Below, piece by piece: positions 56,678 through 64,000 of a stretch of DNA of 64,000 nt; within the stretch, counting starts at the first letter, position 1; each line of letters opens with the position of its first letter. The DNA comes from Candidatus Micrarchaeota archaeon (lineage in GTDB: Archaea; Micrarchaeota; Micrarchaeia; Anstonellales; Bilamarchaeaceae): contig JACRGD010000007.1 in assembly GCA_016212525.1 (NCBI GenBank), forward strand, positions 15,112 to 79,111, read 5' to 3'. The notes under the pieces are model-generated. The model did not search any database. It saw only the letters and a program-made list of their open reading frames with translations, and was not told the DNA's origin. Made by a program: the position numbers and the translations under genes.

Positions 56678-59600
56678 TTAGAAGTGCCTAAATTCGAAGT
56701 TAAGACGCCCACCAGTTCCAAACTCCATACTCAATTGAACATGCTTGTTTGCTACATCAGGGCATACGCCCGAAGCATATAGTGCATTATCACTCGCACG
56801 GACAAATGTATTGACCGAAGGGTTAAAGGAACCCATACCCAGATGGTTGGAATATACAAATACACCACCTTCAGAACCGGTCATACCATACAAGCTAAGT
56901 TTAGTTGCAACATCCGATTCGTTAACTCCGACTCTACCCGCACCGCAGGTTAGAGTCTGAAGAACACCACCCTGAATAAAGGAAACCGCAATGCTTACAG
57001 TCACTGGATCAGAACGCCAGAGTTTAGCGTTGAGCTCGTTAAGCTGTCGGTCTGCAAGACCAACTATACCAATGACATCGTTCATTGATCCCACCCAGCC
57101 CAATGTTGCAGCCATTTCAAATGAAGATTTTATCATTCCTACAGTCTGTGCACAGAAAACACTATCGGGTTGTCCAGATGATGCGTGCACCACTAAGTCC
57201 AGATTGATAACAGGAAGGGCATCAATAGTCAACGAAAGACGCGAACGATCTTTGAAGGGTGAATTATCAAAGTCGGCAGAAGAATTTCTTGGAGTGGTGG
57301 AGAATCCAACTCGCTCGACTGGGACATAGCCCATAAATTCCAAAAGACAAATGAGTTCGAGCTCAGATGCTGCTGCACCAGCAACAGAAACATTATTCTC
57401 ATATCTGACTTTGGTAAGGGCAGCAGTAACACTGGAAGAATTTGCTTTAATTAACTCGAACCCAGCATCGACCGGGTTAAGAGAAGGTGCATAATTTGCA
57501 ATACCAGTCAAAAACACATCCTGATAGCCAGTCTTATACGAAGCAAATTCAGAGCTCTTTAAGAAGGCAAGCTTCTCTGCGAGACTTGGTTCATCAAGCG
57601 CACATAAGGAATACAGTCTTTCTTTTGCCAAGCGGGCTCGCTCATATCGGGTAGCCGCAGGAACACTCGCATCACCACTACGGATTCGCTTTGCTGATAC
57701 AAGACTAAGAAGAAATTCACGCTTTGCCGGAGGCATATCTAGGAATTCCTGAATTTGAGCCGCTGAAACATCCGAAGAAGCTCCCGAAGCAGATTCACCT
57801 TTGTTTGTAGCCAGAACAACTGCAATCAAATCCTTTTCAGATACAGACATTTCAGCAATCATTCGCTCTGGAGTCTTTCTTCGAACTATTGCAAGGGCAA
57901 GCTCGGATAAAGTAGAATCGAATCGCTCGGTAGGCACACTAGCTGCAACGTTTGCAAGAACATACATCGCATCCATAGTAGAACTATAATATGGACCAGT
58001 TAGACTAGGTCTCCCACGTACATAGCCATCTTTTAAGGCGGCAACATAGCGTCTTGAGAGGGTTTGTGCACGATTAACCTCACGAGACTCGGACATCGGA
58101 GCAAAAACATAGGCCACTGCAGAGGAAGGAGGGAATGATCCATCAGTTACGCCAGCAAGACGGGCAACAATATTCATAATAGATCGGGCACTATCGGCAC
58201 GAACTGGAAGATGAACCGCAGCTGAGCTAGTAAGGACTTTTCCACCAGCATAGGGAGCTTCCAGATCGCCTAAAAGTGAATCGAACGAGGAAACTGCAGC
58301 ATCCAGTCTAGTTCTATAGGCAAGGCGTTTAGTTTTAGCAGCAACCCCAAGCAGAGGTTTGTTAAAGACGCCCGCAAGATCAGGATTCTTAACGATCGCT
58401 TCATTATTCATTGCAATAGCCAGTGCGTATCGCGGATTCTGGGCATAGTCAAGTCCGAAAGCAGAAACATCATAAGCATGCAATTTATCGAAACCAGCAT
58501 TGATGCGAACACTGGCAGAAAGCAGTGCTGAAATATCGGAATTAAATTCTGCATCGGCAAGAGAATGCTCAGTGGGCCCAACAATACCAGTTGCCCAGCC
58601 CTCATAAACAGCTGAAGGAGTCATTGTTCCGATTGTTCCCGCGTGTCGATACCATTTATCTTCATAACGATAAGCAACAAAAGAGTAAACTTTTGCGGAT
58701 TTAGAATCGGTTTTGGGTTTTACTACCCGAACCGGAACAACTGGAACCTTAGTTCCGTTTGGAAGAATCATAACCAAAGGTTTTCCTATTGAAACAGTTT
58801 TACCGTTGACAGAGAGGTCATTATTAGAATCAAAGGTAAAGCAGTCTGCATTTTGGGTTGCTAAAGTTGCAAGTTTTGCCTCTTCACCAGACCTCCAGCC
58901 GCCATCTGCAGGAGTTTCTCCAAAGTCAGCATGCATAAGAATTGAGAATCTCTGAGCTACCCCTGCACGCGCCTGTTTATAGGTCGCATCAAGAGCAGAG
59001 CGAACTGCACCCGTATTTGGAGTCTGGGATTCTAGCATCTTAAATGCAACTAAATAATCTGCACCAGTTGCCTTGGCCATGAATTCAGCAGCAAGACCAA
59101 AATTAGTCTGCCTGAAAACGGAATTTCTCAATTTCAAATCAAAGCTGGATGGGGTAGTACGAGCAATTGGATTGTAATCATGAATAATGGCACATAGTTG
59201 AGTGTAGGCAGGAGAGTTTGGAATTGCTTCTGCTGCTGCATCTGCCGAAAGGCGATCTACCCGATTTACAGCCAGTGCAGCTTCTTCGTATGCTTCAACG
59301 GCCGCAACGAACCGGTCGACAAATGGCTTGGATTCAGGCGCAGTAAAATGAGTCCTTACGAAATCAATAACATCAAGAGAATCCTCATTCGCCGCACCAT
59401 TAAGAAGGAAGTTAGATCTAAAGTGTTGCGACTCGACAATTGGAACTGTTGCAGCAGCAAGCTCTTTGGCTTTTTGAGTAAGAGCGGCTTTGAGTTTTGC
59501 CTGATCTGGAGATAACCGAGTTATATTAGTACGAATATCAGAACGGGCACTGGCATAACCATCAGCGACCGGGGTTGTTCCATCATTAACTAAAATAGAA

Positions 59601-60808
59601 ATAACACATTCTAATTTTTCAGAAAGCGATCCCGAACTGGGATATCTTCGGTGAAGTACATTATTCGCAACGTTGTCAGTAGCGTTTGAGGTAAACCGAT
59701 GTTGACCTCGCATATGAGCATCAAGAGAAGCAACTACTGCGGAAGCAAAAACAGCCAGATCGAAATTAACAGCACGACCACTAGTACTTTCAGCAACTAC
59801 ATACCCGGGTTCAGAAAGAAGCGATCCATCGGAAGCTCGCTTTGTGAGTTTGAAACCAAGGAAATTTCTCGCGGCAGAAGTTGTCATTTGCTCTGGAGTA
59901 ATAGGGGTTGCAGCTACTGGTTTATGAGCAGGACGGGCAACTGGAGCTGGAGCGGGTGCTACGGGAGCTGGAGAAACCGGAGCTGGCGCGGGAGAAACGA
60001 ATCCAGTCGGAGGATGCAAAACATCAACACCAGGTGGGGCAGGAGACGGAGATCTAGGAGCAGCAGGCAGAGTAGGTTGCTCGAAATCGATGACTTCGGG
60101 AGGAGATGCAGGCGCAAACGAACCAGACCCGGAAGGAACGACAATAGAACCAGAATTAGAAGCGGAAACTGGATGTAATGAACCTGTAGTAGCTGCATCA
60201 TCAACTAAAGTATCGGGCTCAGCTGCAGGTTCCGAACCAGGTCTTCGTCTTCGCACATCAGTAGCTTCATCATCCCGAACAACGCGGACTGGAAGTCCTT
60301 CTCCGGGAATTACCGGAGCACCAGGAACTCGATCCACACGAAGAAGAGAAACGCCTGGGCTGGCAGGTTCATCTAGAACCGGAGGTTGCTCAGCTGAAAA
60401 CGGAGGAGTAAATGGAATTGGAGGACGAACGACATAAGGATCAGATGGAGTTGCCGCACGATTTGGTTGTGAAAACCCGACAAGACCCATGACAAGCCCA
60501 AGTCCGGAATTGGGACTTATAGGCCCAGCTGGAGATAATGAAGATGCTGGAGGAACTAAAGAAGCACGAGCAGCATCATCAACCGCAGTAACATCATCAG
60601 GACCCAGATCAACAGGAAGAGGCGGCGGTCCTCGAGTTTCTTGAGGAGTAGGGGAAACGGGAACTGGCGCAGTAGAGGGAGGGTTTGCTTCATGCAGAGA
60701 AGCTGCCTTTGCAGAGCGAATCTGACGAACAAAAGAATCAGTTGCAGCTCTAAATGGATTGAGTGGATGACCATACCTTACATCACGACTATTTCTATAT
60801 CTAACCAT
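56678..60808 (-). CDS. very large hypothetical protein with Pro-rich disordered N-terminus
   Basis: ~1376-aa ORF; ~310-aa P/A/S-rich N-terminus; GGTGA RBS. Confidence 0.75.
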   Translation of the reverse strand: MVRYRNSRDVRYGHPLNPFRAATDSFVRQIRSAKAASLHEANPPSTAPVPVSPTPQETRGPPPLPVDLGPDDVTAVDDAARASLVPPASSLSPAGPISPNSGLGLVMGLVGFSQPNRAATPSDPYVVRPPIPFTPPFSAEQPPVLDEPASPGVSLLRVDRVPGAPVIPGEGLPVRVVRDDEATDVRRRRPGSEPAAEPDTLVDDAATTGSLHPVSASNSGSIVVPSGSGSFAPASPPEVIDFEQPTLPAAPRSPSPAPPGVDVLHPPTGFVSPAPAPVSPAPVAPAPAPVARPAHKPVAATPITPEQMTTSAARNFLGFKLTKRASDGSLLSEPGYVVAESTSGRAVNFDLAVFASAVVASLDAHMRGQHRFTSNATDNVANNVLHRRYPSSGSLSEKLECVISILVNDGTTPVADGYASARSDIRTNITRLSPDQAKLKAALTQKAKELAAATVPIVESQHFRSNFLLNGAANEDSLDVIDFVRTHFTAPESKPFVDRFVAAVEAYEEAALAVNRVDRLSADAAAEAIPNSPAYTQLCAIIHDYNPIARTTPSSFDLKLRNSVFRQTNFGLAAEFMAKATGADYLVAFKMLESQTPNTGAVRSALDATYKQARAGVAQRFSILMHADFGETPADGGWRSGEEAKLATLATQNADCFTFDSNNDLSVNGKTVSIGKPLVMILPNGTKVPVVPVRVVKPKTDSKSAKVYSFVAYRYEDKWYRHAGTIGTMTPSAVYEGWATGIVGPTEHSLADAEFNSDISALLSASVRINAGFDKLHAYDVSAFGLDYAQNPRYALAIAMNNEAIVKNPDLAGVFNKPLLGVAAKTKRLAYRTRLDAAVSSFDSLLGDLEAPYAGGKVLTSSAAVHLPVRADSARSIMNIVARLAGVTDGSFPPSSAVAYVFAPMSESREVNRAQTLSRRYVAALKDGYVRGRPSLTGPYYSSTMDAMYVLANVAASVPTERFDSTLSELALAIVRRKTPERMIAEMSVSEKDLIAVVLATNKGESASGASSDVSAAQIQEFLDMPPAKREFLLSLVSAKRIRSGDASVPAATRYERARLAKERLYSLCALDEPSLAEKLAFLKSSEFASYKTGYQDVFLTGIANYAPSLNPVDAGFELIKANSSSVTAALTKVRYENNVSVAGAAASELELICLLEFMGYVPVERVGFSTTPRNSSADFDNSPFKDRSRLSLTIDALPVINLDLVVHASSGQPDSVFCAQTVGMIKSSFEMAATLGWVGSMNDVIGIVGLADRQLNELNAKLWRSDPVTVSIAVSFIQGGVLQTLTCGAGRVGVNESDVATKLSLYGMTGSEGGVFVYSNHLGMGSFNPSVNTFVRASDNALYASGVCPDVANKHVQLSMEFGTGGRLNFEFRHF

Positions 60809-60813
60809 AAATA

Positions 60814-63030
60814 TCACCGATTGGACCTCTCAGAAATTTTCCGAATTTGTCTTTGTATCTGATCGGAAATTGATGAGGGATTAGCAGAATCATACATTGA
60901 GCGGATGTCACAAACTGGAAGTAAAAGTTCTGGAGGAAGTAAAAGTAAATCTCCTTTATAGTAGGAAGAAAGATAATAGAGCGTCCGGAACAACACGCGG
61001 TCAGTTCCAGAGGGAAGAGAGGTTTCTAAATCAGATGGAGCTGGAATTGAACCAAAAATATCCCAAAGAGAAACAGTTGTACCTCCAGGCGCTAACCCGC
61101 TTAGGTAGGCAAGTGAAACTGTAGCCCGGAAAAGAGCAGTATGTAAATCAGATCCGGTTTTACCACGAATAAGGGGCATATATGGTTCATAAATCTGTGG
61201 ATATGCATCAGCAGAAGTCGCATAGCTGAAAAGATCTCGGGCGATAACAGACGCAACAGCGCAGAAGGGACCGTTGAAGCGACCGTTGGGGTAAAACTCC
61301 TGGACTATAAAAGCCTCGAAGGATAGATCAGAAGAACTAGTAGCAAGGTACCCATAGTTTCCTTTAGATTTGGAAGTACCAATCTGGAGTGAATTAGAAA
61401 CAGTCAAAGGCAACTCGAATTCCCTAATTGGAGCAGGGGCAGTAACTTCGCCCCGTGAGAGGGCAGTTGCAGTAGAATATGCGTTTCTAAGGATATCAAT
61501 TCGACGAAGATTACAGGACATGTCGCGCGTGTCTGCTGCACCTCTCTCGCCAACTACATAGCGCAAATGCTCATCATCTGAGCCAAGCGGATCGATAACT
61601 AAAATTCCACCCACTGAATTGGTATAGAGTGTCGCCAGCCCGCCATCAACGCAAATTACCCGGCCGCGAGTGCGATCGGTTCGGCCTTCATGAACATCAA
61701 GAATCTTTCGCGCTCTTCTATGGCCAACATAAAAAGTATATGAACCCATTTGGGTGAGCCACGATGAAAGAGCAGAATCAAGAGACCATGCAGCAGGAAG
61801 TTTTCCCGGTAGTTGAACGGGTTCACTGTGATACATCATCGAATAGTCCCTCTTAGTTACAGCCAGAGCATGAGAACGGGTTTTAGAAGACACATCTATA
61901 TCAGCCCAGGAACAGAAAAGTGCAGTTGTACCTTTAGAATCGCCAAGCAAGTTTGCAAAATAATCATCTAATGCATCAATAGAATCGACAGAAAGTACCG
62001 GCCCTCCGTGGATAAAGAGAGCGTCATCGATCCGTATTGCTGCCTTGGTAGAGCGAACAAAATCCAATGTTCCATCCCTCTCCATTTCCTCGCATGCAAA
62101 TCTCCAGAGGTCCATCTCGCCATGATCAACAAGGTATGAAAAAGAGGATCGCTCACGAAGGAGAAAGTTTGCTAGCGAACGAGGATCATAACCGATCAAA
62201 GCGCGGGTTCGATCACATGCCGCTTTATCTTCATCATAGGCATCTTTGAATTTTTTCTCATACGAGCGAAGAATTGAATCCAGCGTATTGGAATCGAAAA
62301 GCTTTCCGATACCAGAATCGTTTATAGCTTTATCAGCAGGACCAAATAATTTGAATTCCTTCCAGGCGGAATTGAGATGACTTAGATCCAAAACAACGCG
62401 AAGTAGATATGAAAAATCATCAGCATTTGCAAAGATTTCGCGGACCTTATCAAGTGGAGTTGTCCTAAGGAGTTCGACTAAGCGCAGGAACATTGCCTCG
62501 TGATTTCCCCGAAGAGTATGAATGCGAATTTTGCCATCGGTTTCATCAGCCTGACATTGGAGATCCTGTACAAAGTCTAATACGTCCATGCCTTCTGTCC
62601 CGCGATCAACATAATCGCCCGCAAAGACGATTTGGGTTCCTTTGGGCAGATCAGTATTCAAAGAATATCGCTCGAAATAGGGGGCAGTGGGGTCAGATCC
62701 CAGATTGGCCACGATGACACCGGCTTCCATAAGTTCGCGAACTAACTCTTTTGCGTCTCCCTGGACATCTCCTATGACATAAATACGGGAGGCGTTGGAA
62801 ACTCGATCAATAGTTTGACCCGATCGGTAAGTAGGTTCTATTTTATTTAGATGATCAGCATAGGGATTGATTTTAGAATTTGTAATTTTGGGCTTCGCGT
62901 CTTTTCTGGTTCTCCAATAAGCCCTATAAGCACAGATTGCAGGAGTGTCAGCAATACCAGCACCGGAAATGTTAAGACTTCGATAAAGCCGACCATAAGG
63001 ACTAGTATGCTTCAACAATCTTCCACCCAT
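60814..63030 (-). CDS. PPP-type (calcineurin-like) protein phosphatase with long insertions and C-terminal extension
   Basis: GDVQG, GDYVDRG, LRGNHE, FIHGG, VGH, VDGG motifs. Confidence 0.85.
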   Translation of the reverse strand: MGGRLLKHTSPYGRLYRSLNISGAGIADTPAICAYRAYWRTRKDAKPKITNSKINPYADHLNKIEPTYRSGQTIDRVSNASRIYVIGDVQGDAKELVRELMEAGVIVANLGSDPTAPYFERYSLNTDLPKGTQIVFAGDYVDRGTEGMDVLDFVQDLQCQADETDGKIRIHTLRGNHEAMFLRLVELLRTTPLDKVREIFANADDFSYLLRVVLDLSHLNSAWKEFKLFGPADKAINDSGIGKLFDSNTLDSILRSYEKKFKDAYDEDKAACDRTRALIGYDPRSLANFLLRERSSFSYLVDHGEMDLWRFACEEMERDGTLDFVRSTKAAIRIDDALFIHGGPVLSVDSIDALDDYFANLLGDSKGTTALFCSWADIDVSSKTRSHALAVTKRDYSMMYHSEPVQLPGKLPAAWSLDSALSSWLTQMGSYTFYVGHRRARKILDVHEGRTDRTRGRVICVDGGLATLYTNSVGGILVIDPLGSDDEHLRYVVGERGAADTRDMSCNLRRIDILRNAYSTATALSRGEVTAPAPIREFELPLTVSNSLQIGTSKSKGNYGYLATSSSDLSFEAFIVQEFYPNGRFNGPFCAVASVIARDLFSYATSADAYPQIYEPYMPLIRGKTGSDLHTALFRATVSLAYLSGLAPGGTTVSLWDIFGSIPAPSDLETSLPSGTDRVLFRTLYYLSSYYKGDLLLLPPELLLPVCDIRSMYDSANPSSISDQIQRQIRKISERSNR

Positions 63031-63229
63031 CCCCCATTCTGTTTATATTAATAGTAAGTTATGGAAAGTGTTTATTAAGGGATGTGCTCGACCACGATAG
63101 CGCAGGAAACGATTAAATACATAGTCTCAGACGATGGGAAGCTCAAAAGACGGAAAATTTAGGTGAATAAAAATATTTGTTACTTTTTAGTGCCAAAATA
63201 GATTCAATTTGGATTAAAAAAGGGACAAA

Positions 63230-64000
63230 TTATTCCAAAAGAAGAGTTTTTATCTGATAATCACCAATTAAGATAGTTTCAAACTGATTAAATTCGCTCA
63301 ATTGAATTTTTGTCTTTGAATTTCCTCCAATTTCAATCACAATTTTCTCTCCATTAATATTGACTATATAGTCGGGAGATTTTTTAGCTCCCTTTAGAGT
63401 ATTAACCACTCCACCTATCGATTCTAAACCAAATAAAACTGATTCTTCCCGTATGCTTCCGATATCAAAAGGAACGTGCAATTGCCTGCATATGGCAACC
63501 CTCAAATTAGGATGAGTAAATAATATTTTAGGTTCTGCACGGATAAGTTTTGCCCCCCTGGCATATGGAAGAATTAACCGGATCACTTTCATTTCTTCCA
63601 AAACTTTCACAATTTCTGCCACAGATGTTTTTGAAATACGCAGATTATTTGATAAAGAGGAAAGACTTAGTTCACCTGGCGGCGAAGTTGCAAGTCGTAT
63701 TAAGAGCGATTCCATGGCATGAGTTTTTTCTAACGATAATTTTGTTATGGAAACACTATCTTCCCTTACAGATTTACGAATTGTATTGAAAATAGAATTG
63801 AGTGCATCGTCTTTATTATAATTTAAAGAAACAGGAAACCCACCGATTTCAACATACTCTTTATAGGCACGTTCAACATCATCGTTTTTTGCAACAAACT
63901 CAAGTGATTTGTCCCGATCGATCCAAAGATTTTTGGCCTCTTGCTCTTTTGCGTATTTAATATACAAAAATTCTCTTAGAGTCATAGGCAGGATAGTGTA
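63230..64000 (-). CDS. AAA_14/DUF4143-type ATPase (5' part outside the window)
   Basis: PMTLREF, GGFP, K.LFTHPNL, RE, PDYIV...IEIGG. Confidence 0.8.
   Translation of the reverse strand, partial: YTILPMTLREFLYIKYAKEQEAKNLWIDRDKSLEFVAKNDDVERAYKEYVEIGGFPVSLNYNKDDALNSIFNTIRKSVREDSVSITKLSLEKTHAMESLLIRLATSPPGELSLSSLSNNLRISKTSVAEIVKVLEEMKVIRLILPYARGAKLIRAEPKILFTHPNLRVAICRQLHVPFDIGSIREESVLFGLESIGGVVNTLKGAKKSPDYIVNINGEKIVIEIGGNSKTKIQLSEFNQFETILIGDYQIKTLLLE

Overview
Archaeal chromosomal segment with compact gene packing, GGTGA-type RBSs, MCM, Cdc6/Orc1, separate PriL/PriS, Nop5, archaeal LeuRS and CCA-less tRNAs. It most resembles a DPANN archaeon such as Micrarchaeota (inference). It holds an iron/redox cluster (1-4.4 kb), housekeeping genes, six tRNA genes (three with canonical 37/38 introns), a complete histidine biosynthesis gene set (35.1-44.0 kb) and a ~12.7 kb block of large orphan Pro/Ala-rich proteins next to a PPP-type phosphatase. 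Main finding: neither the first gene of the his cluster (AbrB-like) nor hisF has a usable in-frame start codon. Both are reached from short upstream ORFs through three copies of one motif, A(T/A)G GAA A(A/G)G G(A/G)T (T/A)TA CTT CA(C/T). This looks like an RF2/prfB-style +1 ribosomal frameshift cassette in which a histidine codon replaces the UGA, i.e. a candidate histidine-starvation-sensing frameshift switch (two shifts in series for the operon leader, one for hisF). Other observations: homologous introns in two different tRNAs, tRNA-linked repeat elements, a duplicated tRNA 3' end and a palindromic 24-bp tandem array. All calls come from reading the sequence and translations by eye; no database searches were run.
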